A stretch of DNA of 64,000 nucleotides. Origin: Novakomyces olei (taxonomy: Eukaryota). Below are positions 1-14,235 of this stretch, one piece after another. The stretch spans positions 186,001 to 250,000 of the forward strand of contig JADEYG010000001.1 of assembly GCA_016906335.1 (NCBI GenBank), given 5' to 3'. The number at the start of each line of letters is the position of its first letter. Within the stretch, counting starts at the first letter, position 1. The translations under genes and the position numbers were made by a program. The notes under the pieces are model-generated. The model saw nothing but the letters and a program-made list of their open reading frames with translations. It had not been told where the DNA came from and did no database searches.

Positions 1-657
1 TTCACGGCATATTTGGCAATTGCAACTATGCCGTGAAAAAGACTCAAAGGTTGAAAAAGAATCTTGTCTATTCCTTTCAGAAAAGGTATGGAGAAAGTTT
101 CCAAATATTCCCTCACCCATTCAAGGGTTGCGGAGCGGTTCTAGTTTAGTTTTCAATAAGCAAAAACACGATCTCGGACGAATCCTCACTGATACGCGTA
201 AATGCCCTGCATAAGAATGGAGGAAAAAGAGGACGGCGGGCCACTCTCCTTATATACAATAAAATTAGGGTTAGGGCTCGGAGACTGTAAATTTCGTTGA
301 AGAATTGTTTATTTACTTTCTAATACTTTTAGTGTTGATGGACTAAAGGCGCACAGTAACGACGGAGAAAAGTCCTATTAACTAAATCAGACTATCAGAG
401 AAGAGTCAAGTGACGGAACGAAAGCAGCTCGCGTGTTGGATCATTGAAACCGGTGCAAAGCGCAAGAAAAAATTAGAAATTGGAACATTATAACAAACTA
501 AACACCATTATCTCTCTTCCTATACAAATAAAGAATAAATCGGGCGAGTTGAGATCGGCGAAGACGCATTGAAAGAATTAAAAAGGCCGCATATCCGTTA
601 CTACAGAATCAACCTTTCTGCTGGTGTAATCTCAAAAATTGGCCTTTTGACAATAAT

Positions 658-1100
658 TTACGATAGACCTTGTTCGAATTTGGCCTTCTCTGTCTCATAG
701 CGTGTTTTGTCGGCGGCTGCTTTATCTTCAAACACCTAAAAACTCGTTAGCAATGCTCATGACACTGAACGATGATGATGTTGGTATACCTTTCTCTCGT
801 CAGCAGGCAAATACTTCCATTTTTCACCCAAAAGTCTGCCCACATCGCCTAAACAATCAGTACTCTGAAGAAGAACAAGATAATGGTAAAAGAACTCACC
901 GAAACTGGCGCCCTTGTTGGACTCTCTAATTTTTTCGCGCCACTCCTGAGCGAAAAACATGTAAGCGCTTAAACCACGCTTCGGCGCGTTAGGGTCTATG
1001 AACATTAGCATCTGTAAACAAGCCTTCAAAGCAAACCTTTCTTTGCGCGCGGCTTGCGGCCAGATTCCGGGCGTCCTCGTTTAGATGCTTCCTTGGGCAT
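658..1100 (-). CDS. NHP6: HMG-box non-histone chromatin protein (4 exons)
   Basis: Spliced translation [102 protein letters not shown] introns. Confidence 0.93.
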
Positions 1101-1400
1101 TTTGTTCCCTAGCAGCAAAGTCAGTTTTCCACATCGTGCAGGGTCAGTATGCTCTTTACTTTAATCAAAGTCCGTAGTCTTGATACTCCGTACTATATGT
1201 GCGTGCGCTATAACGCGTCGTTAGCAGAGAAGCAGGACGTATATAAGCTTATACTTATCACTTTGCCCTCAAGCAATGTAGGAAGCGAATAAAAACAATA
1301 GACGGTTGTGCTTGTGCGCGCGTGTGTGTACACCACTTGTTGTAGGCGCTGCTAATAATATGTGCTTATTGACGTAGAAAGACAATATATGGCAGTAGTA

Positions 1401-1470
1401 GTGTGTGTTTGTGTGTGGTGTTTGTGTGTGGTGTTTGTGTGTGGTGTTTGTGTGTGTGCGGATGTGTGTA
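1401..1470. repeat. Imperfect (GT/TGTGTGGTGTT)n microsatellite upstream of NHP6
   Basis: gtgtgtgtttgtgtgtggtgtttgtgtgtggtgtttgtgt read directly. Confidence 0.8.
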
Positions 1471-2980
1471 GGTTTTTTGTATGGTGGCTTAAAGCGCAGG
1501 CTTGCGCTTTTTTCCGTACTTTTCGCACCGCGGAAAGGGATAGGGTTTGCTAGGGTTGAAAATGTGATGCAATTATTATCAAGTACAGTGTATGACGAGA
1601 GCCCAAGTTGTGATTGGCTGGTGTAATTTTTAATTTTGTGCGAAGTATTTTCGATAGCGAACTCGCTGAATAGCGAATGGCGAGAATACGAAACCGTCAT
1701 TATGCATACCGATCGCTATACTTGGCAGGTTGCTTACATCTATATTTCACTGATTTCTGGTCTGGCCTTATCTGTGATTGGTGGATATTAGTATTTGTTT
1801 ATTCTCATACTACGTCACAATATAGATTCTCGTTTGCGTTTTGCGGACGAGCAGCTCCCTTTAATTTGCTCTTCGTTCGTATACGTACGTCGTTGAGCAT
1901 TCGAGGTGACACAAGTAATTGGATATAGTGCATTATGTATGTTTTTGGGTAGTACTGTTTACTGATTTGTATACATTGAATACCCTCCCCAACGATATCG
2001 TTGTCCACTACCTTGTTAATTTGTGTTTAATTCGCAGTATAGTAAACCGTTCAGTATTGTTACAAAGGACGCAGCAGACGTGTCATACTAGACGATTCCT
2101 AATCATGTGGACCCATTACATTTCCCGCTCTTTCTGCTCGAATTTTACGTTTCCTCTAGAACCTATTGTATTTGTAACCCGATCTGTACTTTGTCTCGGT
2201 GTATGGTATTGACTTGTGTTTATGTTCCGTATAATGTAGTCGCATCCCGATCAACTGGCGCGAAATATATACCATAGATAGAAAGTCGAGTATTCCCCGG
2301 ATTTCAAATCCCAGATATTTTCTACAACGGCAGTCGATATTAGTAATTTGAAACCAAACAAGACCTATAATAAAACCCGTTGTCGGTTGATCTACATTTG
2401 CGTTTACTGAGAATAATTTACCAATTTACTCGCTGCGGCTATGAACAAATAAAAGGAGATATCATTGGGACAAAAACATGAACGCCTCAAGCACTCGGCC
2501 TATTTAAAATCTCCACATAGAGCGTCTACCAAAATAAACGTTAAAGTCCTCAAAGAAGCGACGTTCATAATTTAATGACAAGAGTTTGCATGCAAACCCA
2601 TCCTAACAACCAATTATTCTCGCCTTATTCGTAGGAGTTTGGTTGCTCTTTGCCTTACTTCTCTTTACTGGGTTCAGATGCAAAAACGAAGTATGTGGCA
2701 GGGTTATATCTGTAAACAAATTTAACCTAAACCCCGCAGCCGTTCATTCTTGCTATTGATGAGGAAATCATGACGTCTTTACATTATCGAATCTATCTGT
2801 AAAGCGATAATGATACTATGAATGAAACTCACGCTTGATATACTCATTCATGGTTTCAAATGCAGCTATCTAATACTAAAAATACACTATACAAACAGGC
2901 AAAACAGTAATGTAATACATTCCTTTTCTTTTCAGAAAGACTGCCTGACAATTTGCTTCATTATTGCCCGTTGATAGAAA

Positions 2981-4522
2981 TCATTGAGCCGCTGATAAAA
3001 CCAGTTTTTCAACCTCCGCTTCCGTCAAAGGATCCGTAGGAACGCGCGTTTCGAACAATGGCACTGCCCTCGCGTTCTTTTGCACAGCGCGAAGCGTATC
3101 CGTGTCCTTTTGTAAAACTGTCTCTAAAGACGCGGCCATAATATCCGCACTAGCATATCCCGGACCACCGAAAGCACATACGCGTCCAATCACGCCTTGA
3201 ATGAATGGGGCCATACGAGGCATTACTGCATCCCAAGATCGAGCCACTTTTGATACGTAGTCTTGCAGGCGAGCGTCCATTGGAACTCCAAGCGCAGCGC
3301 ACAAATTGGCTGCCTTTAGCAAAGATACCAAAACATACAAGGCCTTGAAAGGGACCCACACTGGGCCTTTGACTATCTTTTCAGTACGGCCAGTGTACAT
3401 TTCTAGAGCCTTTTGGGCGTGAACTACGATGCCTTCAAGGCAGTGCCAAAAATATTGGCCCTGATTGCCTGCTTGCAGGCTCACAAGCATTGCAAATACA
3501 GCATTTTCGTAAAATGCACAGGCCAGAGCGTAAACATCCAGCAGGACTACGTCATGAGCAATAGTGTTGTCCTGTTCTGCCCAACGCAAATGCCCCAAAA
3601 TGTCCTGTTCAAGTCCATAAGCATTATCAGTAAAATCCTGCACCGTATCCCCACTATCCAGAGCCCGTAATCCGGGTGCTTTAAGCTCAATTTGCACCCG
3701 TGACCATAGCCGCGGCCCCGCTGCGGAATCGCACATAAACTGGTCAGCAGTAGAAATGCCCTCAGAGCTGTTGCTGTCTGACCGTACAGCCGCTATACAC
3801 TCATCAGCCTCGCGCGGCCAGGGCGTGACTGGGAGGCAAGATATGTTGAAGCTCATAGAAGCAAAAACACACGAGGCCAGGATCATGGCGCGCTGAGTCT
3901 GGCGATTGCTGCGATCACCATAAGTGCACTGCCAGCGAAACATTTGCTGTAGCAAAGCCACACACCAAACGCGGGAAGCGGCCTCGCGTCGATGATCAGA
4001 GGGCATTGGAACAATGTGCAAGAGCCGTACGAAAAGCACTAGCATCAATGTCGCATCGCTGTCGCCCTGAAAAAGAGCACATTTGCCGATATCCTCGTGC
4101 AAGAGACGTGACAAATCGTGTCCAGAACGTTCTTCCAGCCGCGATGCGGCTACTGTGCAGACGGCTAGAAGCAGTAGCGGCTCAGCCGCCAAAAGAGATT
4201 CAAAAGTGGATCCTTCAGTCCACAATGGGAGCGGCATTTCGGGCAGAATTTCGTTCACAAAGTGAGAAAAGAGCCGTCGGGCAGCAGTATAATCCAAAAC
4301 TTTCTCCCCTAGTGCCCGGCGCATGCCCGGGCCGAGATCATACTCCACTGACGTCGTCCCCGTTTTGGCCGCTGGCGGTACCGCCTGCCGAGGCCGAGGC
4401 CTTGCCGACGTCCTACAGCGAAGGTTTTTCGACAGGCATTTCCGGCAGACATCGCTATTAGAATCGTACACGCACTTGATCTTCCATGTACGGCACCTGT
4501 CGCAAGCCCTGTGCCTTTCCAT
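2981..4522 (-). CDS. Zn(II)2Cys6 fungal transcription factor
   Basis: 513-aa ORF with N-terminal ACDRCRTWKIKC-x7-CRKCLSKNLRC binuclear cluster and a downstream fungal TF middle region. Confidence 0.9.
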   Translation of the reverse strand: MERHRACDRCRTWKIKCVYDSNSDVCRKCLSKNLRCRTSARPRPRQAVPPAAKTGTTSVEYDLGPGMRRALGEKVLDYTAARRLFSHFVNEILPEMPLPLWTEGSTFESLLAAEPLLLLAVCTVAASRLEERSGHDLSRLLHEDIGKCALFQGDSDATLMLVLFVRLLHIVPMPSDHRREAASRVWCVALLQQMFRWQCTYGDRSNRQTQRAMILASCVFASMSFNISCLPVTPWPREADECIAAVRSDSNSSEGISTADQFMCDSAAGPRLWSRVQIELKAPGLRALDSGDTVQDFTDNAYGLEQDILGHLRWAEQDNTIAHDVVLLDVYALACAFYENAVFAMLVSLQAGNQGQYFWHCLEGIVVHAQKALEMYTGRTEKIVKGPVWVPFKALYVLVSLLKAANLCAALGVPMDARLQDYVSKVARSWDAVMPRMAPFIQGVIGRVCAFGGPGYASADIMAASLETVLQKDTDTLRAVQKNARAVPLFETRVPTDPLTEAEVEKLVLSAAQ

Positions 4523-4598
4523 GAACGCGCCAAGTCATGGGCGAATCTGCAGCAATAATACGTAAAACTAGTATCGCAATTAAAAGCTGCTGATAAAG

Positions 4599-4625
4599 GT
4601 AGTAGTAGTAGTAGTAGTAGTAGTA
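4599..4625. repeat. (GTA)n microsatellite
   Basis: gtagtagtagtagtagtagtagtagta. Confidence 0.85.
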
Positions 4626-5369
4626 TAGGTTTGTATGGTGTAATTATGGGGACTGTTCATTTTGCTATATAATTGCATTAAAAACTTTGAAAGAAAAGCG
4701 GCAGCTGAATCGCCCACGGATTTGGGTATTCACTTGATTATACACAACAATAGCTTTTAAACAGAGATCCAATAGAGCTCGAGTCAAGAACAGACACGCA
4801 CGGTGGATTTATCGAATTAGGCGTAGAGTAACAAAGGCTAACATGGGGATAATACAAAGAATCTATATCGACACAAGATGTCAGTGATATATCGGGGGTT
4901 TATTGCGCAAGGGTTTATTTAAACATCATATCGGGCAGACAACAATGTATCGTTAGATAGTTATCAGGCAGATAATTAAAATATCAATCAAATAATTATT
5001 AGCAGTCAGATACAATACATCAGGCAGACAATTATCAGGCAGATACAACGAGGGATTATGATTACAATAGGGCGAAAAGCGAAAAAAATTGGCGGCAACA
5101 GTTGGCAGAATATGCGTGTAGACTCTGGGCTATAGCGATTCTAACCGATTCCGACTCTGTGTAACCCCACTGATTGCAACTTTCTCCGCTACAAAGTCCC
5201 AGAAAACGCTGAAACCAACTCGACGGGCACTACCAAAATAGTCAGGTAGATAATTCAACCAACAATAGTCCACATAATTAGGGTTAGTTAGGGTTAATAT
5301 AGCGATAAGGCAGCAGAAATAATATTTGTGGATTGTTGACGTGCCGGCCAACGAGTCCGTGTGCGCCAT

Positions 5370-7885
5370 ATGACGCACGCTCTTAGAATAAACGGGTTTC
5401 CCAGTGCATTCGGAACAAGCGCGGCAGAGGACGATGTTTTCAGTGTAGGATACGGCACAATCCTGCATTTAGTGGTACATTTAAGCCAATGCGCTTTTAA
5501 GCCAATGCGCTTGCTGACATCAAGACCCAAACTGCCAGGGGACTGAACGACAGGGTATTCTTCGTAAGCGAGGAGCGCGTGGGCCTGCGCGTGCTGAAGC
5601 AATCATTTTCACCACGTAACCAAGCCGGCCACGGAAGGTAGATATTGCTAAAAGAAATAATAATTCATCGTATAGACGGTACCATATCTCTGTACTCCAG
5701 AACGGCTCCTGCTCTGTATCCGTCTTTGCTGGCGATTACACTCTGACAGACAAACTCTCGATATTCGGCAGTCAACGGGTAAAGTGCCATTGACTGGTTT
5801 CAGCTCAAACTGACATTCACCAGCACCGATCTGCCCTTGCCGACTGTCCAGATAATGTTTGGCAGGCTCTTTTGTGTAATGGTTAGTGACTCGTGTCACA
5901 TTTTTGTTTGGCAATTTGCCGCCCTGTCTGCCAATGAAATAGTTTACAGTCGGCCAATGCTTCTTTTCCTCGCTCTTATTCACGCAAATCACGTTCTAAT
6001 TATCAGTGAGCAACGTTTGCTTTACGCTTCCACTAGAATGCGCTGCCTCCCACTGGGGCACTTCGTTTGCGCTCTTTGCAGCTGCTTCCAGTGTATATAT
6101 TTTCCGGTAAAAGCACCTTGAAAACGTTTCTGACGCTTTAAAGATGCGAGCCTGATACTCTGCGGTACGTGAAAAGTATCAATCCGTGCCATAGTCTGCG
6201 GGTACGGTCGCTCGACGCTGTCTTTTGCCCCTCTGACGAGTTTGTTGCTTTTCTGGTAACATCAGACGTGGGCCTGTATGAGGTCTTTATAAGCCAGGAC
6301 GGTAGCGTTCAAGAATCAGTGGTTATCGACGACGCCGGTCGGTGTTGCGGTCTCACTACCTTTTGCGTTGATGTAAGTTCGGATCACTGGATTGGTCTAA
6401 TAATAGAACATGGCTTTCATTGCCGCTGCATATCCATACTGCCTACGTATATTTCGACAAAATAAAAGGCAGGTCGAAGCGGTTGCCTTTTACGATCTAG
6501 ATGTATTGCCTTGTGATTGTGGTAGGTGGTGGTGCAAGATGCTAAGCTGACTTGAAGACATACTGTCTACATGCTCTAGTGCCACAGTCGTGAAGCTGAG
6601 TCTTTATTTCAGTGATGGATCTATTGTGATATTTGACTTTGATGCTACCGATGGGCAACTTGTTGGAACGGAACAAAGCATACGCCAAAAACGCCTTATT
6701 ATACAGACTTTGAAACAGTACGAGGAGGATATTATGAGCTCTGCGTCCACACATGTCCGTGTGTACGGGGCTGTGCAGTTTCAGTATGGAGAATCTGCAG
6801 TTATTGTACAGTATGTCTATTGCTTTGACCTATCATTCTCAAATTTCATCTATTCTGATAACAGTGCGGAGCCTCCAATACGAACGCTGACCCCCGGTTT
6901 CAAACGGTCTCACATAATAACCCTTCCAGCACTTTACTCGTTTGACCAGAGGGTTCGAAATTTGAAGAAGGCAATTGTGGCTGGTATTGACTCGTTGTTT
7001 ATCCTTTCTGACATCCAAATATTGTTTAGTTCCACCAATTTTGCTAACAAAGAGATAAATCCCTTAGCGTTGCGTATCCCGTGAAAGCCCTTCATCGCCT
7101 CGCCCGTGAACACTCGGTGTCAGCCGAGACACTTTCCGAGTTGATTACGGAGTTTGCTTTGCCCATCGATATCGACAGCACCAGTTCTCGGGACAGTACC
7201 AGTGTCCTGTATGTAAGCGTGGACATTGGCAAGGTTTTAACGACAGGACGGAAAAAGATCTGGAAGAAAAGCTTTTGCTTAATACCCGGTTTCGCGCATT
7301 GAGAATTCGGCTGCTGTGGTACTGCTTCGATCATCAGCCGGCGCTCAATAACGAAGCGTCGCCCCCAACATTGCAACAAGAAAGCTTCAAAGAGCTTTTT
7401 GCCCGCTATGTAGAGTTTGTTGTCGGACAGATCTCTCACGATCAGGAGCAGCAAGGAATCTTTGCCAAAGGCCGAGTCACACAGAGGGCATTTACTGTCT
7501 TTCAAACCGTCAGTGGAATATTAGGTCTCCCTTCGCCTGCAAGTAATACGACCGGCAGCGCAGACGGGTCCTTACTGGACTCGCAGTGTCCTGTGTGCTC
7601 TGCGAGTGTCCCATTAACAGATCCTCACCGGGCTCTTTGCCTTAAAAACCATTGTTTTGGTAATAACGCCTTTGACATACAGACTAATGACCGGCAGACC
7701 GGTGCTCATTGACTTTTACTGTTCTAACTGCCACCAACTGCCGACGCTGCAAGACTTGCGGTATGGCGTTCCTCGATCTTGGTGGCAGTAGTGCGCCTGC
7801 GGAAGAGTCAACCGCGAGCTTTTATAGTACACTTGTCCGAACTCTCTCTGACGCCTGCTGTTTCTGGTGCGGATCAATGCTCTAA
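5370..7885 (+). CDS. TFIIIC subunit (Sfc9/tau60/GTF3C4-like, with C-terminal zf-TFIIIC); multi-intron
   Basis: Spliced N-terminus ...SFSPRNQAGHGRRYHISVLQNGSCSV fits the TFIIIC-delta pattern; C-terminus CPVC..CLKNHCF/DRCSLTF..CRRCKTCG..CCFWCGSML* fits the TFIIIC zinc finger; internal exon boundaries uncertain. Confidence 0.75.
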
Positions 7886-8920
7886 GGCCATACAAGAAAT
7901 ACAAATGACTCTACAAAAGACACAAATGGCACAAGACCAATGCGGAATTGACGCGAATTCTGGAAATACTCCGGCACTGGTTACAATCTGCGCAAATTCA
8001 TCCAATCCGCTTTGCATACTTGTTTGTATAAAAGACATATGCCACATCGCTCCAATGCTATACCAGCATATCATTGCGCAGTGAACGGATTGTTTGATAA
8101 TATTTATGTTATTGGGTAAGGATTTAAACGGCAAATGCGGCAGTTCAGATTCGTACCAGACTTGGGTTGAGTGTATAAGATTTATAGAAAACTCAGAGCA
8201 GTATGGTGAGTATAGTGTGTTCAATATCGATAATGATGGAATGGACCGGTGTTGTGAATTGGAGCCCAATATTAGACGAGTTGACAGCTACGGTCTTTGC
8301 TGAATTCCTTGTTACAACTGTCCTATCATTACAACAATGCCCTCGAGGGGCAATTCTCTCGATGTAGAGTTTATTTTGTCAGGGTTAGGGTTAACTTACA
8401 ATCTAATGACTAGTGTTGAAGGTCCGAGACTAAAAGCCATCTTCGAAATTCTGTTTGAAGAGTACGAAATTAAAAAGGTCCAAGAGGGCATCTGTATGAA
8501 AGGAATGATAAAATCGATTAAACTGTTGACAATTCTGCCTTTAACATGTAATCAAACTGAACAGGCGTCTGCCTGTCGTGTATTATCTTATTTCATGTGT
8601 ACTTGCTTGCTTTGATTGAGGAATAATAATATAAATGTTCAATGAGATACCGATGCAATTAAGTATAGTCCGGGCCTATGAATAAGATCTTGTGGCTGCT
8701 ATTCTAATTCAAGGATCCGAGCATTTTACTGCGCCGGACTGCTTATGGCCGATACGTGTCGTCAAGCACTAATATCAAAACCCTAAACCCTAAACCGTAT
8801 CAAACGCGGGCGAAAAGTATTCCGTTGCGTTCAAAATAAATATAGACTAAAATAAAACGCTCTCCATGATGGTATCAATAATATGCTCAATGCTGCTCGT
8901 AATCCGATTCGTCTTGTACA

Positions 8921-11900
8921 TTATATTTTCTTTCGCCTATCTTCAATGTCAACCACAAACCATTTCATGCCTTTCCCAAGACCATAAGGGTCGCGACTAT
9001 TGCTCTTGTACCCGTCGTCTGCCTCTCCCGTATCCCTTAATCTCTCTTGTTTAGCGTTGCCATCGTCCACCGTAATATCCGGCACTTGCCTTGACAACGA
9101 CAGCGCCGTATCTGCGGGCTGAGCACCCTGAACATCATCATCGTCCGGCACCACGTGCTCGTGGATAGCAGATATTCTGGCAATTAGCCATTCCCGTTTT
9201 ATCGGCGGAACACGCAAAAAGTAGTGTGGAGCGCCGACATTAAACGCTGCCCACGGATTGTACTTGTTTTTACTGCGCGTTGGGAGAAACAAGGCCAAGT
9301 CGCCAATTTTGAACGAGCGATACGCAATTCTTTCTGAGGTCTCCTTGACCGCAGTCTGGGACCGTGTACGATACTTGCTGATCTTGTGCTGCTGGTGCTG
9401 TAATAAAACTGCCATATCTGCGAGCTGCTTTGGCAGTTTATCACCCAATTTTGGTATTATACGATCGCCAACAAGCGACTCCACTCGTGCCAATAGAGCA
9501 CGCGACTCTTGCACAGACATAGCCGGCTGCCAAGTAATTTTGCCGGCCCTTGTGAGGGGCACAGAGGCAGTTTTATTGCTATTTACATTATTCTGCAATT
9601 TATTCGAAGCCGAAGCCGTACCAGCCTCTAAAATCGCGAGCCTGTCCTCTACTTGATGGCCCTCTACTTGATGGTATTTGCGCGGCAAAATGCCGTCCAG
9701 TGCCTGGTCCAGTTCGTCGACCATGGCTGCAATATTGTAGACCAAATCAGTCAAAGACTGCAGCTCAAAGGCCTTGCTATCAGGATTAGTTGCATCTGTC
9801 TCCAACACGGCGTTGCTGCAAATTGCCGCCGGTATTGCATTGCCATTGCCATTGCCATGTCGATCGTCGGTTACTGAGCTTTCTGTACGCTGCTCGTACA
9901 GCTCTATCCGGTTCTCTGCATCTCTCAATTGCTCCCTCAGTAATTCAGCCTCTGTTATACTCGTTTTGCGCTGCTGTACTATCTCTCGCGTCTGATCCTG
10001 CAAATTCGCCATTAAATCGTCTTTTGTCTTTCGAAGCTCAGCAATTTCGTCCTCCATTACAGATATCTTTGCCAGCTTTTCATTGAACATGTTCAGTACA
10101 CTATCATGAGACTTTTGTGATTGTTCTAGCGTGCCAGCAAGATCATTGACTTTGGACTTGAGCCTTGCTACCTCGGAGGCAGTTTGACGAGTGCTCCCGT
10201 CGAAGGCTTCTTCTGCGGTTGCAGACTGCTGCTGCTGCTGGACAAGCTTCCCGCTCAAGGAGCGTATGACACTAAGCGGCACTGACGTGTCCCCAATGGG
10301 GTACTGCACTCTTTGCTCCGGACCTGCTGGTTGAAGCGAGGGCGAATGAACGGCAGAGGTAAAAGGAGTGGAGAACGATAGACGGCGATGCAGCATGGAC
10401 TCGAGCCTTTCAATCCGTAACTCATAAGCCTGAGCCTTTTCTGCATCAAAGTAGCCCTGGCTCGGTTTACCTGCGACTGGGGACGTATCCCCAATTTTGC
10501 TAGTGCCTTTTGCCTCCGGCTCCCCGGCTGGAGGGGAATCAAAAGGCAAATGCGAATACTCTTCCGAGCGCAAAAGGGACTGTGACTTTTGAGTGCAAGA
10601 CGAAGAGCTTCCCTCGCTCTGGAGAATCATGTGCAGGGAATCTGCAAGGTCATCGATTACCGGTTTCACTACACCCATTTGATTCAAGACAGATAGTAAA
10701 TTTAACACTTGATCTTGATTCTCCATAGCAGGCGAGTCCCTTTCTTTATTTTTATCATTATCGTTATTACTACTGTTATCAAGAGACTGATTGATGTTGC
10801 GACGCGTATCCGTAATCTGTTCATCCTCAACAAAAACAGTCTCAGGCAAATCCGCTACTTCGAGTCGATCAAGTAATGGATGCTGCTGCAGATCCTTTTG
10901 CAAGATTTCCTTCTCATTTGCTATCGACGCGTTCCATTGCTGCCAGATCTCTTTCTGCCTCGCTCGCATTTGCAGGGACCACTTTTCATGGCGTAAAAGG
11001 CAGATTAATGAAGCTGCATAGTCAACTGTGGCCTTGGTAAAATTTTCACAGCGTCGAACTACAGAATCGGCGTCCCGCAAAAGTAACTGCAGAGCGTTTA
11101 TGCTCTTTCTGATCCCACCAATCTCTGACTGGCGCCGGGCCATTTCTTGCAGAAACGTAAAGCGCGCAGATACAAGTTCATAGTAAACACTGTGCATAAT
11201 ACTTGCATCTTTCCTTACGCTTGAGGCCGATTGGGCAAAGGAAGGTCGTAGCTGTGCATCATGTAACAATTTAAGCCGGGAAAATAATCGGCGCTGATCA
11301 TTGGGGTCTGCAGAATCTATGCTCTGCGCATCTTTGAAATTAGAATCAGGTTGAATAAAGTTTTTTAAAAAAACAGGAGCTAAAAAAAACAAAAATTAGA
11401 AGAATGATATGATAAATAATAAATACTAAAACTATTGGGTAAATACCTCTTTCGAATCGCTCGTAGATTGCGCTGACTTCACCTTTGTTGGTCGCTATTT
11501 CGTGCACAATGTTGTCGATAGTCGATACGTCAAGCGAAAGCTTTGGCAACCTGGCCTGACTTATTTGTTGTAAAGCTAGTGCGATATCATCGCTTAATTT
11601 CTTCATTTCTCTCTGAATACTATTGCAATCGGCCTCTAGTCCGGAAGAGCCTTCAAAAAAGTCAAACAAGCTCGTGTCTTGCACAATAGCACGATACGTT
11701 GGACACTGTCGAAGTAGGAAAAAGACATTATTATCAAACATTTTGCCTTGTGCCTTTTGCACACGTTCATCCAAGGCGTGAGCCGCGTCTTTAGTACGCT
11801 CGAGGATCTCTTCGAGCTGTGCAATATTTGAATTCTGCAGATCCCCGAGTACGATACAATTATCCTTCTCCTGCTTCGCTACAGCAGCTACGCGAACGGC

Positions 11901-12350
11901 AGCATCTTTAACCTTTTTTGCCCAAGACTCTTCAGCCCGGAACGACTCCAAATCGGTTGGGCCTGATTCTGTCACAGACGTCTCCAAGTCTGGCTCATCT
12001 GTTGGAGGGCCGGCAATTGTAGCCAAGAAAGCGTCACGGGAAATACTTCCATCAAAGAGACGCCGGTCGTATACAAACACATCCCCCTAAAATTTATTAG
12101 AAAAATTAGAAAAAGTATTAAAGTACAGAGGATTGTGCGGCTAGATTATGCGGCCGGCTACGGTGATCTGTGACGATTTGGTATCGTACGGGAATACGTG
12201 AAACCTGTTGGATCCATGCGCGCAAGGTATCATTGGTGCTACATTTGTGTCAGACAAAAAAGTAAAGGGAATAGTGCAAAAATACAATTTACTGAATGCA
12301 TCTTCAGGGCAATCTAAAGTCTGGCCGCTTGCACCCTCGACCAACCGCAT
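8921..12350 (-). CDS. ATG11: Autophagy scaffold Atg11 (spliced)
   Basis: Coiled-coil body plus C-terminal RIAYRSFKIGDLALFLPTR...WAAFNVGAPHYFL...PYGL..W Atg11 domain; ORFs 12141-12356, 11346-12080 and 8921-11392 join through introns. Confidence 0.9.
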
Positions 12351-12707
12351 TAACAATAGCTATTCTCGACGGACAAGTGTGATCTGCACATTAATCGTGC
12401 GACGATTGGCTTGGCTGTGACAAATCCGCAGTTAATATACGAGGAAAACCCTGTCCATAATATTTTGTGTCAAACACGCACTGATTGTATGTATATTCTG
12501 GGGTTCTTGAAATCAACATTTTCGAGCCCATTTAGTCATAGATAACCCTAACCCTTCTGTTTGGTTTAGTCATCCACAGTTTCAAGTAAGCCAACGGTCC
12601 AACACGGTACTATTGCTCACTTTGCTTAATATTAAAACAAAATAAATAAATAAATTGATGTTCATTATTTTTGGTCGGCAGATACGAACTACTACATCAA
12701 TCCAAGG

Positions 12708-13994
12708 ATGCATGTTGTCATGTAAGTTTTTGTAATTACAAGTGACAAATGTTCTAAGCGCTGACGTCAGAACGAACGATGATGGGCCGCCGGGAAAGGC
12801 ATCGCCGTACATTCAGCAGTTTGTGCAGACGCTGCGCGAGGAGACCGATTGGAAAATAACGTACGTGTATTAAATAGGCTGCCAAGTACAGCGAGCAAAC
12901 TAAATCTGACTAATTTAGGATAGTGATACCACGAACACAAAAGTCATGGATCGGAAAAGCCTTTGTTATAAACGATACTATCACAACTGCGTACTATGCT
13001 CCTAGCCAAGTTATAGGCCACGAAGGCGAAATGTACCTGGAGTCGCGCAGAGACGAGAATGAACACGAGTGGATCACGCTGGATGGTAAGCAGATTTACA
13101 ATCAAATTTGTACAAATTTAAAGGTCAAAATTTAAGAGATAATAAAATTCAAGAGATATAATGCTCGAAATATTACAGTGTTACTGACGATTGGTTTCTA
13201 GGCACTCCTGCAACCTGCACGAATATTGCAATAAATCATATTTGCAAGGAGGAGAAAGTTGATCTTGTGATTTCTGGTCCGAACTATGGGCGAAATGTGA
13301 GGCTCCGGGATATTTTTTCGCTTTTATCTTTTCCGTTTAAGGTTTCCTGTTATTAATATAGCTTTAGACCTCGGCAGTTTTTTCATTGGGCAGTGGCACA
13401 ATTGGAGGTGCTATGGAGGGGGCTTTGCTCGGTGTTCGGTCAATTGCTCTCTCATTTGCCTTTTTCGAGAAACATACGCGCCCTGAGATTGTTCGGGCGG
13501 GATGTGTACTGGGGATACGTATTATCGAGAATTTGCTACAGAATTGGCACAATGCTCATCTCTATTCAATCAATATTCCCCTAGTGAAATCCCTGCCGAA
13601 TATTCCTGTTCACTACACGAAAATCCTGCAAAATCATTGGGGTGGCGGATTTATTAAATTACCAGAAAAGCTTTCTACAGATCCAGCGTCCCTCGAGTAC
13701 GAGATTCGTGAGCAAGATATTTCTCCCAGTCAGACGCCCGAGAACGGAAGTAGTAGCAGTCCCCGTTTAATATCATCTGAGCGGTACCAATTTCATCCGG
13801 ATTTTAGCGAGCTCGCTAAATTTGTCGAGGAAAAGGGACAGTACGGGGGAGTTGAGGACGGCCGTTTGAGCGACGGATGGGCAGTTAAGGCAGGAATAGT
13901 CTCAGTCACGCCTCTGATTGCAAACTTTGCTCATGCGGATGACTCTTTGAAAGGAGAAATCAAGATCGATTTGCAAGCGAATAGATCCATTTGA
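12708..13994 (+). CDS. SurE-family 5'/3'-nucleotidase (multi-intron)
   Basis: MHVVI/TNDDGPP motif, SWIGKA, DGTPATC, DLVISGPNYGRN, SGTIGGAMEG, VSVTPL. Confidence 0.9.
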
Positions 13995-14235
13995 CCTTTG
14001 CTTTCGACTAATAGAAGCATGAAACAAAGCAATTATTTAAAACAAAAAGAACAGAATGGGGGAGAGAAAACAAAAAATCTGAAAATCAAACATTATTGTT
14101 TTTATTATTTCGAGTTCCTTTAATTTTTTGGAGAAGAAAAGCATACAAGGCAAAAAGGAAAAAATGTATAATAATTGTATATATATTGAAGTCTATTTAC
14201 ATGTACATTTTGATGTCGGCGTGTGGATCTCGAAG

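Noticed and set aside
7874-8615. Short ORFs between the TFIIIC gene and ATG11
   Set aside because: No recognisable motif or consistent splice model.
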